Notes: generated by a model not told the origin, from the sequence alone. Positions 1 to 12,438 are shown, counted from the whole stretch's first letter. The stretch: DNA of 63,979 nt, filler included, from Basidiobolus ranarum (GCA_040143965.1; 53 parts of 53 records of this genome joined end to end with filler, not necessarily neighbours in it), one strand, 5' to 3'. Numbers and translations are program-made.

Positions 1-60
1 GCACAGTATCCAAAATGTTAAACCACTCATCATCAGAGCAAGTGATGGCAGCTCTTACAT

Positions 61-822
61 TCAGAGTCTTTTGGTTTGCTGGTTTCCTATGAGATTTCTA
101 CTTTCATGTGCCCGAGCCATTTTGGGTTGTTGTGTAGGCTTAATGGTCCAACACATATTCTCCTCTGCTAGATTGTCATGGTTACATTCATATGTATGGT
201 GTTGGATTGATTGAAATCCCATATGAGAATGGATGGAGGGAGCAGCATGTTGCTGTAGCTGAAGTACAGCATTCTGAAGGTCTTGTATCATTGTTGAGTG
301 ACTCTCTAACTGTTGACTAGTTGCTTCAAAATGCTGCATTAATTGCAATATTGCAGCATTATTACTTGTCATGGCATGTATGGCAACTTTGTAGTTTATA
401 CTTATGATTGCATACAAATCACTACAGTGTTCTGCCTGTGATACCCTTGTTGTAATAATTCTATCCAAATTTTCTAAAGAGGATTGTTCAATAGTGGGCA
501 AAGTAGCCATTTTGGAATTAGATAGTCTTGACAGTGTTTTGGTTGAACTTTGCTCAACTATCAATTTACTATGTAATTGGGGGATCACAATCCCTTCACT
601 TGCACTATTGCTGGAAAGGAACACATCTGGTAAATTGATAAATGCTTCATCAACACTGGAGTTAGTTTCTGGCATGTTAATGCCTTCCAAAGTAGATAGT
701 GGATCACTAGACTGCTCATCAATTAAGTCCTTGGTTCTTGCTGGTTTTTTTCCTTTTGTGACAGCAGGCTTTGGCTTAGAAGCTGATTTTGATTGTGATT
801 TTGGACACTTTTTGAATGGCAT
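61..822 (-). mobile_element. Accessory ORF (ORF A) of the CACTA/CMC transposon, N-terminal part
   Basis: MPFKKCPKSQSKSASKPKPAVTKGKKPART...; near-identical copies in at least 9 other contigs, several lying head-to-head with the transposase start. Confidence 0.75.
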
Positions 823-892
823 TGAAATTTTCAAATGGTAAACTTAGCGTAATGCAATTACTCAGAAACAGCTTAAAATAAACCAAAATTGC

Positions 893-1114
893 AATCATTC
901 TGGCATAAAAGAGCATCTGCTCCAATCGGACTTGAGTCAACTGTGAGTATTGGTGGTCTTGTGGCATCTGCATAGTCTAGTGGTTTAAGAATTGGATGTG
1001 ATGTCAGTGCTTGCTTCAGCTTCTCCAAAGCAGCATCTTGATCAAGTCCCCATTCAAACTTCATATTCATTCTCTGTAGTTGGTATATGGGTACTGCAAT
1101 TTCAGAGAAATTAG
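893..1114 (-). mobile_element. Ty3/gypsy RT-RNase H connection fragment
   Basis: NFSEIAVPIYQL...KFEWGLDQDAALEKLKQALTSHPILKPLDY...ILTVDSSPIG resembles the gypsy FEW...LKxAL...PIL...TDAS motif. Confidence 0.8.
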
Positions 1115-1214
1115 NNNNNNNNNNNNNNNNNNNNNNNNNNNNNNNNNNNNNNNNNNNNTTAATTAATTAANNNNNNNNNNNNNNNNNNNNNNNNNNNNNN
1201 NNNNNNNNNNNNNN
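1115..1214. other. Artificial contig linker (first of 52 identical linkers)
   Basis: N44 + TTAATTAATTAA (stops in all six frames) + N44, recurring about every 1.2 kb; contig lengths fall monotonically from 1114 to 1103 bp. Confidence 0.99.
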
Positions 1215-1298
1215 CAATATTGTGACAACTCTCTGATGGTATTGCAATCCAGAAAGGTTGATCCAAACCGGATCAAATCAATTTAATTTTTGTTAGGA
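1215..1298. mobile_element. CMC element terminus B (degenerate)
   Basis: Ends ...TTTTTGTTAGGA; homologous to 27960-28039 and to the reverse complement of 49371-49460. Confidence 0.7.
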
Positions 1299-1363
1299 TA
1301 ATGTTATTCTTTAGGAGCACCAGGTTTTCTTCAGCAAATGTCCCTGAGCTTATATATTTTTCA

Positions 1364-1600
1364 TCATACATTTTCATCTTTTGGGGCATTGCCTTCAACT
1401 GATGCTTTTATGCTGTATAGCTTCCCTTTTACTGTTGTTTGATTAAATTCATCTTCCTGAAGGAAGGTTAGTTTTGGTTGCAATGTGTATCCTAGAATCT
1501 TTGGGTGACATCCAAAGACCAAGTAGAAAGGTGACATCAGTGTTGTACCCATACTCTGAAATGGCAGGCAAAAAAGGCTGGACAAATGTACTCATCCACT
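1364..1600 (-). mobile_element. Ty3/gypsy integrase C-terminal remnant
   Basis: TTLMSPFYLVFGCHPK resembles the gypsy T..SPF.L.FG..P motif. Confidence 0.55.
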
Positions 1601-1601
1601 T

Positions 1602-2240
1602 CCATAACCAAATTTGAGGATTGCTATCATAAGAGGACCATCACAATTTAAATCCATTTTTGATTCACTCTTCACTTACCATCATCAAATTGTCAAGTTA
1701 GATTTGATTTTAATAAATATTTTAGTTTCAAGAAAGAAATTTCAAGATCTTGCAAAATAGCTGCACATGATTGGCTACAATCTCAGAGAACTATGGAGCA
1801 ACACATGTGCAAAAATTGTAACTCTAATTTACACATTTACAACTTTAATACTAATTTGTCCCCTTTGAAATCCCTAGTTTCTACAATACATTTTGCTGAA
1901 TATTTTTATAGAGTTCTTCATACCCAAGGTCTGGCTCATGTCCAACATGAGTTTGTATCAATATCTCCATGAAAGCCCACTATTGTACTAATGTTGCTAA
2001 ATCAAGATTTGTCAAGCCATCTGGCAGATGCCCTGCAGTATTGTGCCACTCTGAATCAAGTTCTTCCCAGATATCTGCATGGTCAACACCAGACTGAATG
2101 TGAAGTTGAATGTTCTTGTTCTGAAGCCACTTTCTGTATACTTGCACTGCATTTCTCCCTGCACACTTTTGAAAATACTCCTCAAGCACTTCAACCATTT
2201 TTATATGTCCATGTAGTATGGCACTACTGAAGGTTTTTTA
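1602..2240 (-). mobile_element. CMC element terminus A plus C-terminal ORF (probable end of ORF A)
   Basis: Homologous to 21831-22462 and 46644-47112; encodes VLEEYFQK...WLQNKNIQL...WEELDSEWH. Confidence 0.7.
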
Positions 2241-2244
2241 TGGT

Positions 2245-2328
2245 TCCTAACAAAAATAAAATCAATTTGATCTGGATTGGATCCACCCTCCAAAAGAGCA
2301 AAATTGTCAGAGAACCATCACAATATCA
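2245..2328. mobile_element. CMC element terminus B abutting another copy
   Basis: TCCTAACAAAAATAAAATCAATTTGATCTGG matches 49371 onward. Confidence 0.7.
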
Positions 2329-2428
2329 NNNNNNNNNNNNNNNNNNNNNNNNNNNNNNNNNNNNNNNNNNNNTTAATTAATTAANNNNNNNNNNNNNNNN
2401 NNNNNNNNNNNNNNNNNNNNNNNNNNNN

Positions 2429-3342
2429 CAAATGGTGTCAAAAGACAAGGACTTTTGGGGATTTGTTACAGGAGAAGAAATAGAGCCAGAGATGACCAGA
2501 AGCTATCCTTGCTTTTCACAAAAAGCAGAGGAATGCACTCTCTACACTTTGTCTACATCTCAGAAGCTCACAATTAAGGTATGTACAATCAGGTAAAAAA
2601 TGCCAAAATGCCTGGGAAACACTAGAGGAACTATATGAGACTAAAAGTCTGGCTCAAAAGCTATATCTTGGGTGAAAATTATTCTCAATTCAAAATAATT
2701 CTGATGCTTCTATGCTTGTTCATATAAATTGGATAGAGACTATGGCAGAGCAGCTCTCATCCATTGAAGCACCTCTGAATGAAGAAGACTTAGTCATGAC
2801 ACTACTTTGGAGCCTGCCAGACAAGTTTGGCAACCTCATAATTTCCTTAGAGTCAAGATCAGAGCCATCAACAATGCAATATGTTGGTGCTAGGCTTTTG
2901 AATGAGGATTTAAGGAGGTTCAATTCTCAGCAAAAAAATGCAAAACAAGCATTTGTTGGTGCTCTAAAACATCCAACAGGCTTTAATAATGGAGCTCCTA
3001 ATAGGAAATCAATCATCTGCAAGTATTGCAAGAAACTAGGCTATTTAAGTGAAGATTACAGAAAAAGTATCTTTGCTGAAAAGCCAATATTAGAACGTAT
3101 AAATCAAGTAAGCACTGATAGGGATCATCTATCTGAGTTTGCCCTATCAGTAACCACTAAAGAAAACTCAGAAATTTGGTACATTGATTCAGGAGCTTCC
3201 CAGCATATGTCAAACAAGAAAGATTGGTTTTCTAGCTTTAAGCCAATCCAAACAAGGAAAGTCTACTTTGGTGTTGACCATGCACTAAATGCAGTTGGAA
3301 AGGGCATATTTGTGCTCAACTTGAACCAAAATGCAGCTAAAT
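2429..3342 (+). mobile_element. Ty1/copia gag-protease, degraded
   Basis: UBN2-like gag (LVMTLLWSLPDKF), zinc-knuckle remnant CKYCKKLGY, protease WYIDSGASQHM; stops and frameshifts. Confidence 0.9.
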
Positions 3343-3542
3343 TGTTGACATTAGGTAATTAGCAACTCATTATCTAGTGGTTAGCTTATTCATATTCTGA
3401 TTATTTGGCACTCAATTCTATCATTCAAAAGTGTGTGTTTATTGCTCTAATTGATAGAAATATCAATTAGATCACTTTTACCAATTTTCACTATTTTCTC
3501 AAAACTTCTCCAAATCACCCCAAACTTTCACCCATGCTTAAC
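3343..3542 (+). repeat. LTR family E, 5' part
   Basis: Starts TGTTGAC; the 3' half matches 6385-6450, which precedes a copia gag. Confidence 0.6.
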
Positions 3543-3642
3543 NNNNNNNNNNNNNNNNNNNNNNNNNNNNNNNNNNNNNNNNNNNNTTAATTAATTAANN
3601 NNNNNNNNNNNNNNNNNNNNNNNNNNNNNNNNNNNNNNNNNN

Positions 3643-4756
3643 CTAATGGGCATGCCTGTTAGAGTAAACTCCATTGATTTGACAAAAACTACAGCAAGAT
3701 AGTGCATTGTGCCTGCAAAAACCTCCAAGTTTACTGATGGCAGGAGTGTAACCAATACATACAATGATATTAGCTTTAATAACACATTCACCCATCTGAG
3801 CCCCATTAGATAACTGTTCAAATTCCGCAATTAAAGGCTCCAGGAAGCTATCTATAAGCACTGGTGATTCAGTTCCAGATATGATGGATGGTATCAAAAT
3901 ATTACAACTCTTATGCTGTTCAGAAGGAGGACAATGTAAGTTGATTAAAATTATTGTCCAGCAAGCCTTTTCAATGGTGTATTAGTTTAGTGAGAAACCA
4001 TCCAGTGCCAATGCAAATGCAAGACCATATGTGTTCTCAATGAAACCTTGACTTTTCAGATTCTGGTAGTGATATCCATCAAGTGTATTGGTAATACCAT
4101 CAACATGGTGGTGAGTACTTTGGTATTGGATCAATGATCTGTATTTGGGTGATTTCAACAAAACTTCAAGATGGGGAATCAATGGTATGTAAGCCAAATA
4201 GGAATAATATTTACCTGATTTGGTGATTACCAATTGTGTGCAAACAGTACATGACTTCAGGTTTTTAAGATCACCGGTGAAAGCCAAACAGCCATTTGTA
4301 CATGAAGGTATTTTAATTACCAAAGGATTTTAAGTCATACGGTTGACAAGTGTTTTCCACTTGTACCAGGTCTGTGGCAAGCAACAGTTACCAATCAACT
4401 GTGGTAAAAGTGTAAGAAAACCAATAAACAACTGGTTGCTAAGATTGGATTGAGCTCTCCATTCCTCAATAATCAAAGCTGCTTCCTTTACACTAAGTGT
4501 TATGAGTGGACTAAGGTTTGCCAATAACGAAGAGTCTGTAACAAAATTGTCATCTTCTTCTTCAACTTTTGATATACTACCATTGGTACTGGAATAACCT
4601 AGGTCAACATCTGGCAGCAAGTCTTCAAAGTTGTCTGGACTTGGATTTTTATTGACCCACATCATTCTGGTCATATAACTGTGGTAACTCCATGGTATCT
4701 TGACTTTTGGTAGTGGAACCAAAATTTGGAGGCAAAATACAGTCAGTGGACTCAAT
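3643..4756 (-). mobile_element. CACTA/CMC (Transposase_21/tnp2-like) transposase, N-terminal half, degraded
   Basis: CTNGCLAF..CTVC, YIPLIP, ALDGF, IISG..SP..IDSFLEPL, G(D)TPA..KL.GF..H.A..CC.FC motifs. Confidence 0.9.
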
Positions 4757-4858
4757 NNNNNNNNNNNNNNNNNNNNNNNNNNNNNNNNNNNNNNNNNNNN
4801 TTAATTAATTAANNNNNNNNNNNNNNNNNNNNNNNNNNNNNNNNNNNNNNNNNNNNGT

Positions 4859-5968
4859 GGATTCCGCGAAGTCATGGAGAAGAGGAAGGAATTCTATAAC
4901 CTTATTTCAGAATATGCTAGAGACCAGTCTTTAGAGAAAACCACTAAACAAGACCCCGAGCTGGTCATTGGCTCCTTAAATTCTGTCAACAGTACCGAGG
5001 AATACATTGACAATTCTCAGCTTCGACGCATGGTCAACAAAGATTCTATCCACACTCTACGCCGTACTTCAGTAGCATCGTTGCATGAAAACAGTGAGCA
5101 ATCTAAAGGTAAAGCTAGACTTATGACTGTAGAGGAATCTGCGAAGGGAAGCGTCAGCTGGAAGGTTTACAAAGATTTTGCTAAATCCTGCTCCATCCCA
5201 TCTGTACTTCTATATATGCTTTTACTCGTTTGTATTAATCTGCTCCAAGTTGGCTCCAACCTTTGGTTGAAATGGTGGACCTCCCAAAATGTCAATGCAG
5301 AAGCACCTATGGGTGTCTGGGCCTTCTTAGCAGTGTATTCCGGATTAGGTATGGCGGCCTCCACTTGCAGTCTTCTGCAACCAATTTTGCTATGGACTGT
5401 CTGTGCTGTACGTTCTGCTCGGGTGACTCACGCTAACATGCTACTTAGTGTTGTTCGCTCTCCTATGAGCTTTTTCGATACTACGCCATTAGGCCGTATT
5501 CTCAACAGATTCAGCAAAGATCAATATACGCTTGACGAAGTATTGCCACAAAGGTTCAATAGCTATTTCAGAACATGCCTCAATGTGATTGTTGTAATGA
5601 CGGTTATCGCCTTTTCGACGCCTGGCTTCTTGATCGTTGTTGTGCCCATCTTGGTTCTTTACGTCATTATTCAGAGATTCTATCTCAACACCTCCCGCGA
5701 ACTCAAACGTCTGGAATCCATCTCCCGCTCACCAATATACGCTCATTTCCAGGAGACTATTGGTGGAGTTAACTCCATCAGAGCCTACGGTCAGGAGAGA
5801 CGCTTCATCCAAGAGAACGAATTCCGTTTGGACAAATATTTAAAGGCGTATTATCCTAGCTTGGCATTAAATTGCTGGCTTGCCATACGCCTCGAGTTCC
5901 TTGGTTCGATTATAATCTTCACCGCTTCCACCATGACAGTCGTCTCAGTGTTGACCAATGTCAAGATC
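4859..5968 (+). CDS. ABCC/MRP (Ycf1-like) ABC transporter, linker and TMD2 (partial at both ends)
   Basis: 370-codon open frame with EES.KGSVSW.VY, SFFDTTPLGRILNRFSKD, RELKRLESISRSPIYAHFQET; normal CpG content. Confidence 0.95.
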
Positions 5969-6069
5969 GNNNNNNNNNNNNNNNNNNNNNNNNNNNNNNN
6001 NNNNNNNNNNNNNTTAATTAATTAANNNNNNNNNNNNNNNNNNNNNNNNNNNNNNNNNNNNNNNNNNNN

Positions 6070-6385
6070 CATGCAACAGAGGTCACAGCGGCCAGTCAAA
6101 AGAGATGAAGCTTCTACCATGGTTGAAGAGGCAAGAACTGCCAAATGCAAACCTCAAGGTATATGACTTGCTCCAACACATACTGGAATGCAACCACAGC
6201 AATGGCCAGTTGAAAGAGATGAAGCTTCCGCTGTGGTTGAAGAAGCAATAACCACTGAACATAAACAACAAGGTAGACAGCTCGCTCCAACATGTACTGC
6301 CTTGCAACCGCGGCAATGGCAAGTCAAAAGAGATGAAGCTTTTACCGTGATTCAAGAGGCAAAAACTGCCAAACACAAACCACAC
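6070..6385 (+). repeat. Three tandem 114-bp (38-codon) repeats of an unknown multicopy ORF
   Basis: PV(K/E)RDEAS..VEEA.T.K.K.QG units at 6092, 6206 and 6320; one in-frame TGA; a second copy lies at 29094-29540. Confidence 0.85.
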
Positions 6386-7182
6386 TTTTACTAATTTTAG
6401 CTATTTTCTCAAAACTCCTTCAAGTCACCACAAATTTTCAACCATGCTTACCAGGCATGTTTGTTATGATCTAAGCATGTCTAATAGTCTCATTTCATAG
6501 TAAACTATGAATAGAACATATTCAATTTAACAAAATTGAAGTGTCTAACTGACATATCCAAATCTTGTGCCAAACACTTCCAAATCCCCTACTCATTTTA
6601 TCAGGAAAAGAGCCCCAACCTAACTGATAAAGGAATGTCTACGAGTACTATTACAATTGTCTTTGCATCCACAGAGAAGTTTGATGGTGAAGACTTTCAT
6701 CTTTGGAAGTTCAAGTTGCAAATGGTGCTAGAAGACAAGGCCCATTAGGAATTTGTTACAGAAGAAGAAATAAAGCCAAAGGGATCACCAGAAGCTAACT
6801 TTTCCTTTATCAAGAGGCAAAGGAAAGCACTCTCTACACTATGTCTACATCTCAGAGACTCAATTGAGGCGCATATAATCAGGCAAAAACATCCAATATG
6901 CTTGGGAAACACTTGAGAGACCGTATGACACTGAAGGTCTGGCTGATAAGCTGTATCTCAGGCAAATAATATTCTCAATTTGGATGAATTTTGTTGATTA
7001 TAGGCTGAATCATAACAGTTGGATAAAAACTATGGCAGATCAGCTCTCAGCCATTGGAGCACCTTTAAATGATGATGACTTGATCATGACACTAGCTTGG
7101 AGCCTGCCAGACAGGTTTAGGAACGTCATGATTGCCCTAGATTCAAGATCAGAGCCATTAACAATGGAATATGTTGGTGCTA
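6385..7182 (+). mobile_element. LTR-E 3' part, degenerate PBS and copia gag
   Basis: LTR ends ...TTTATCA near 6603, followed by GGAAAAGAGCCCC; gag EKFDGEDFHLWKFKLQMVLE (DUF4219-like). Confidence 0.85.
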
Positions 7183-7282
7183 NNNNNNNNNNNNNNNNNN
7201 NNNNNNNNNNNNNNNNNNNNNNNNNNTTAATTAATTAANNNNNNNNNNNNNNNNNNNNNNNNNNNNNNNNNNNNNNNNNNNN

Positions 7283-8395
7283 TTCCAGGTGTTGGATAAA
7301 CTTTTAAATTTAGCACTCTTCCAACTGGTGCACCTGGTTCCATGGTGAGATTAAGATCTCTTGCAAGTATATCTGACACTGGAAATGCAGATCTGGGTAA
7401 TGGTGTGAAAAATTTGATAAGTGGGACAATAGAGCCTAAACTCACTGGCTCCATTGCTTTTCACAAGGGTTTACTTATTTTCTGCTCCTTGAGTACTTCT
7501 TTAGCTGCTTTTCTTTCTTTTCCTAGCTTATAATGCATACATTTTTTAGATGTTTTGTGAATAGGCCTATACTAGCCCAATTGCCATTTGCTTGCAAAAA
7601 CCAGGATAAGCAACATGAACTAAGTCAAGAACCTCCAGAGTAATGCCTGGTTTTTGGTGTTTCCACAATTGGCTCAAATCCAGGTGATTTCAGGCAAGAT
7701 TCCACACAGTTTACATAATGTTAAACCACTCATCATCAGAACAAGTGATGACCGCTCTGATATTCAGAGTATTTTGGTTTGCCGGTTTTCCAATGAGATT
7801 TCTACTTTGATGTGCCTAAGCAATTTCTAGCTGTTGTGTAGGCTCAATGGTTCAACACATATTCTGCTCTGCTAGATTGTCATGGTGACATTCATATGTA
7901 TGGTGTGGGATTGATTGAAATCCCATATGGGAATAGATGGAGGGAGCATCATGTTGCTGTAGCTCAGGTAGAGCATTCTTACAGTCTTGTATCATTGTTG
8001 AGTGACTCTCTACTGTTAACTAGTAGCTTCTGAATGCTGCATAAATACAATATTGTTGCACTATTACTTGTCATGGCTTCTATAGCAACTTCATAGTTTT
8101 TACTTATGATTGCATACAAATCATTACGGTGTTCTGCCTGCAATTCCCTTGTTGTAATAATTCTATCCAAATTTTCTGCAGAGGATTGTTCAATAGTGGG
8201 CATAGCAGCCATTTTGGAAGTTGATGGTCTTTACCATGTTTTGGTTGAACTTTGCTCAACTATTGATTTAATATGTAATTGGGGGATTACAAGCTCTTCA
8301 CTTGCAATATTGCTGGAATGGAACACATCTGGCAAATTGATTAGTGCTACATTGTTACTTGAGTTAGTTTATGGCGTGTTAATGCCTTCCAAATT
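7283..8395 (-). mobile_element. CMC ORF A, middle part, degraded
   Basis: Homologous to 1-690 and extends further (MEPVSLGSIVPLIKFFTPLPRSAF...). Confidence 0.75.
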
Positions 8396-8495
8396 NNNNN
8401 NNNNNNNNNNNNNNNNNNNNNNNNNNNNNNNNNNNNNNNTTAATTAATTAANNNNNNNNNNNNNNNNNNNNNNNNNNNNNNNNNNNNNNNNNNNN

Positions 8496-9608
8496 TATCC
8501 AATTACAAAATCTTGCACAGTTGCTGTATCTGCCTGAGATCTGCCAATGTGAGCAGATGCTGTAAGAATATATTAACAATATCCACAAATAACTCCCAAT
8601 GTTGCCAATACTTATCAGGCAGAAATCTTTTCAAAATTCCACTTGAATATATACATATCCAATACTTCCAGTCTTTGCAATTGAATAAACACCTATATGA
8701 GTGGATATTGATGGGAGTCCTGATAAAATATGATGGTATCTTGATGTTTTCAAGCATTTTCCAAATTGATTCAAAGTTTGATCCTATCTCAAGTGGCTCA
8801 TTCATATTGAATTTTCCACTATATAGCTGAGTAAGTAGTATTGGAATGTTGTTGAATAGTAAGCGCATAGTGCCTAGTGGGAAGCTCTGGCTCCAGCTGA
8901 TCCCCCTTAGCAATATAATCTTAGGCTTATGGCTAATACCAAGTTTGATGTTAGACTGACTATTTGGTGAATTGATATCAGTGATCATATTGAAGTCTGA
9001 CTGGGCTCTCAATAGTAAAATCACAAAGCTTAGTGGTGTATTTAGGTAGTAGTAATGCAGATGCCTGTCAGAGTAAACTCCATTGATTTGACAAAATCTA
9101 CAGCAAGATAGTGCACTGTGCCTGCAAAAACCTCCAAGTAAACTGATGGCAGGAGTGTTACCAACACATACAATGATATTAGCTTTAATAAAATATTCAC
9201 CCTTCTGAACCCCATTAGATAACCATTCAAATTTGACAATCAAAGGCTTCAAGAAGCTATCTATAAGCACTGGTGATTTAGGTCCAGATATGATGGATAG
9301 TATCAAAGTTTTATGACTCTTATACCATTCAGAGGGAGGAAGATTTCAGTTGATTAAAATTATTGGCCAGCAAGCCTTTCCAACAGTATATTTGTTTAGT
9401 GAGAAACTATGCAGAGCCAATGCAAAGGCATAATCAGACATGTTCTCAAAGAAACCTTGACTTTTCAGATTCTGGTAGTGATATCTATCAAGTATATTGG
9501 TAATATCATCAGCTTTACGGTGAGTACTTTGGTATTGGATCAATGATCTATATTTGGGTGATTTCATCAAAACTTTAAGATAGGGAATCAAAGGTATGTG
9601 GGCCAAAT
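8496..9608 (-). mobile_element. CMC transposase core
   Basis: ACWPIILIN, IISGPKSP, DSFL, CCRFC, SFPLGTM, KDWKYW..IY, LPDKYWQHWELFV. Confidence 0.9.
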
Positions 9609-9708
9609 NNNNNNNNNNNNNNNNNNNNNNNNNNNNNNNNNNNNNNNNNNNNTTAATTAATTAANNNNNNNNNNNNNNNNNNNNNNNNNNNNNNNNNNNN
9701 NNNNNNNN

Positions 9709-10562
9709 GCTCCTAGATGACCCAATCTCCTATGCCAGATTTTCCAGTCTATCTCTTCAGCTGTGGCAGTATTAACTTGTTCATATATTGGCCTAATATA
9801 ATAAAGTTTATACAAGTTATTTTGCTTAGCTCCAGAAGCTACGTAATTCCCTTTTTGATCCCTGATTGTACAGCCATTTTGATCAAAATTAAAGCAATAT
9901 CCCTCAGATGTTGCTTTACTCACTGATAACAAATTTTTTGCTATCCCAGGCACATATAGCACATTTTCAGTGTCAAACACATGTCCCCAGAGATGTCCCC
10001 AAGATCCACTTCAATTTCTCTCAAAACTTCTTGTTTATGTCAGTTTTGAGTGTCTTAAACCAGTTTTTTGATTAGAGAAATGTTGAGAGGCTCCAGAATC
10101 AATATACCACAACCTACAGTCTTGTTCAGAGGTCACTGATAGGGCAAAAATGAATATAACTTCCTCTTTTGTGGTAACCTGATTTGTTTGTTCTGACTTC
10201 ACATTTTTGTTGTAATATCTTGATTTGCAATCTTTTAACTGGTGTCCTGGTTTGTTACAACTATAGCGTAAACCTGGTTTCCTTCTTTTGTAATCTTTGT
10301 ACTTGCCCAAGCAACAATTTCCAGCTCCAAAAAGAGCCACTTCCTCAGATTCTTTTTCCAATTTCTTACTTCTTAGGTGTTGATCCATTAGCCTTGCCAC
10401 CACATACTCCAAAGACAACTTGTCAGTTCTTGCTTCCAAAGTTGTGACCACACTTGAGTACACTTCTGGTAGACTACTTAGAAGAGTCATAATGACATCT
10501 TCTTCCTGTAAAGTTGCCCCAATATTTTCCAGTTGTTTTGCCAAAGATCTCACATTTGCAAT
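9709..10562 (-). mobile_element. Ty1/copia gag-protease-GAG-pre-integrase
   Basis: SCNKPGHQLKDC knuckle, WYIDSGASQH, NVLYVPGIAKNLLSVS, WHRRLGH. Confidence 0.92.
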
Positions 10563-10821
10563 TGTTGAAGTTCTTTGTCTTCATCATATTTGTTATATCT
10601 ATCTTTATACACGTAAGTATTTCATATATCACATATAAGTAGTTAACATTGCTTAGTAAAAAATCACTTAACTGAAAGCTAGATCATATATATTATATGT
10701 ATATACAAATAATGTGAGAATTAGCAATTCCATATTGGAAATTTCAAACTTGTCCAAATTGCCCCAAAGATAGCTCATTTTACTCCCACAAATGTTCTGA
10801 ACACAATCCCAGTGTTAGTTT
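10563..10821 (+). repeat. LTR family C inserted in a copia gag
   Basis: Starts TGTTGAAG; about 10 copies in the window. Confidence 0.8.
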
Positions 10822-10921
10822 NNNNNNNNNNNNNNNNNNNNNNNNNNNNNNNNNNNNNNNNNNNNTTAATTAATTAANNNNNNNNNNNNNNNNNNNNNNN
10901 NNNNNNNNNNNNNNNNNNNNN

Positions 10922-11045
10922 GTAAATGTCATTGAAATTGATCATGCCAGAGGGTGCTGGATAGTGCCAAATTGTGCCGCATAAATTTTAGAATACTTTA
11001 TCCAATATGATATATACAGCACAATCTGGCACAGAGAAAAAGTCC
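10922..11045 (-). mobile_element. MITE copy (partial)
   Basis: Reverse complement of the 182-bp element at 17593; ends AAGTCC followed by AAT. Confidence 0.8.
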
Positions 11046-11270
11046 AATGTAGCTAGGGTTGAGTTTGAAATTTGACAGGACTTTCCTCTTACAAATGGCA
11101 CCCTATGCGCTTTATCACGTGATTTAAAGATGATTCAATATCTAATTTTTGATCTGAATTCTACAACAGCTTCATCCTGAGAATAAAAGTATACTAAATT
11201 AACTTGAATTATTAGGATGTAGGACAAGTAACACTCACAATCTTGAAGAATTGGGAAATAGACCACATTA

Positions 11271-11930
11271 TGTTAAAGTATTTGGGAGCCTGTTGGAAGT
11301 GGTTTGGAGAGTTAGAGGAATTGGTGGTTGTCACTTATTGATTTATTGAGTAGAAAGTTGACATTTATAGTTTTGTCATCATGTAAACAAACTAACATGT
11401 AGAATGTGTTAAGGAAGGTCCCAAGAATATGTGTGCAAAGTATGGGGCTTCTAGCACAAGTTTGAAAAATCTATATATCTGAGAACTTCTAAGATGGTAA
11501 AAAATATGCTAAGTAAATTCTGATTGAGAATAATGAATAATATCATAGTAAATTATAAGATAATTAAGTACTAAGCTATATATGACTATATAGGTGTTTA
11601 GGCAAAGCTAATTTCAAAACTCTCCCTCAACTAAATAGTCATATAAACTAATCCTAATATAGGTCTAAATTTCCCAAATTTCTGTCTAGCTAATGGTTTG
11701 GTTAATATATCAGCATTCATAACTTCTGTAGAGCAATAAGTTAAGTCAATAAACTTATTCTCTATAGTCTCTCTAATGAAGTGATGCTTCATATCTATAC
11801 ATTTGCTTCTATTATGAAACATGGGATATTTAGCTAATTTGATACAACTTTGATTATCTTGAAATGTTGTAGTCGGTGAATTTTGAGCATAACCCAAATC
11901 TGTTAAGAGTTTTCTTAATCATATTGCTTC
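11271..11930 (-). mobile_element. Copia RNase H, PPT and 3' LTR (family A, 11271-11619)
   Basis: FQDNQSCIKLA..P.FH.RSK.ID.KHHFIRE...ADILTKPL; PPT GAGGGAGAG directly before the 349-bp LTR. Confidence 0.92.
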
Positions 11931-12034
11931 TGTTGGATAATTAATCTTTATTCAACATCATAGTTAACTTTAGTTATGATACATATATCAGAAACAGAAA
12001 GCAACGTATCTATAGCCCCTATATTCTAAATAGG
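11931..12034 (+). repeat. LTR family B, 5' part, inserted in copia RNase H
   Basis: Starts TGTTGGATAATTAATC; matches 12439 onward. Confidence 0.8.
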
Positions 12035-12134
12035 NNNNNNNNNNNNNNNNNNNNNNNNNNNNNNNNNNNNNNNNNNNNTTAATTAATTAANNNNNNNNNN
12101 NNNNNNNNNNNNNNNNNNNNNNNNNNNNNNNNNN

Positions 12135-12438
12135 CAGGAGTGTGTATAATTAGATATAATAGATAAGTGGGAGTAATATGACATATTTGTTATATAGATA
12201 TAGAGAAAATCCTATTTAGAATCTAGGGGCTATAGATACATTGCTTTCTGTTTCTGATATATATGTATCATAACTACAGTTAACCAAGATGTTGAATAAA
12301 GATTAATTATCCAACAGGCTCATGACCTGTTGAAGTATTTGGGAGCCTCTTGGAAGTGGTTTGGAGAATTAGAGAAATTGGTGGTTTTCACTTGTTGATT
12401 TATGAGTATTCAGTTGACATTTATACTTTGTCAAGATG
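12135..12438 (-). repeat. LTR-B (12135-12316) inserted just after the PBS of an LTR-A (12328-12438)
   Basis: Minus strand reads LTR-A end, GGTCATGAGCC, then TGTTGGATAA. Confidence 0.8.

Noticed and set aside
404..841. Recurring 145-aa antisense ORF (also 8106 and 38860) opposite ORF A
   Set aside because: Recurrence follows from copy homology; it shadows ORF A codon for codon and has no recognisable motif
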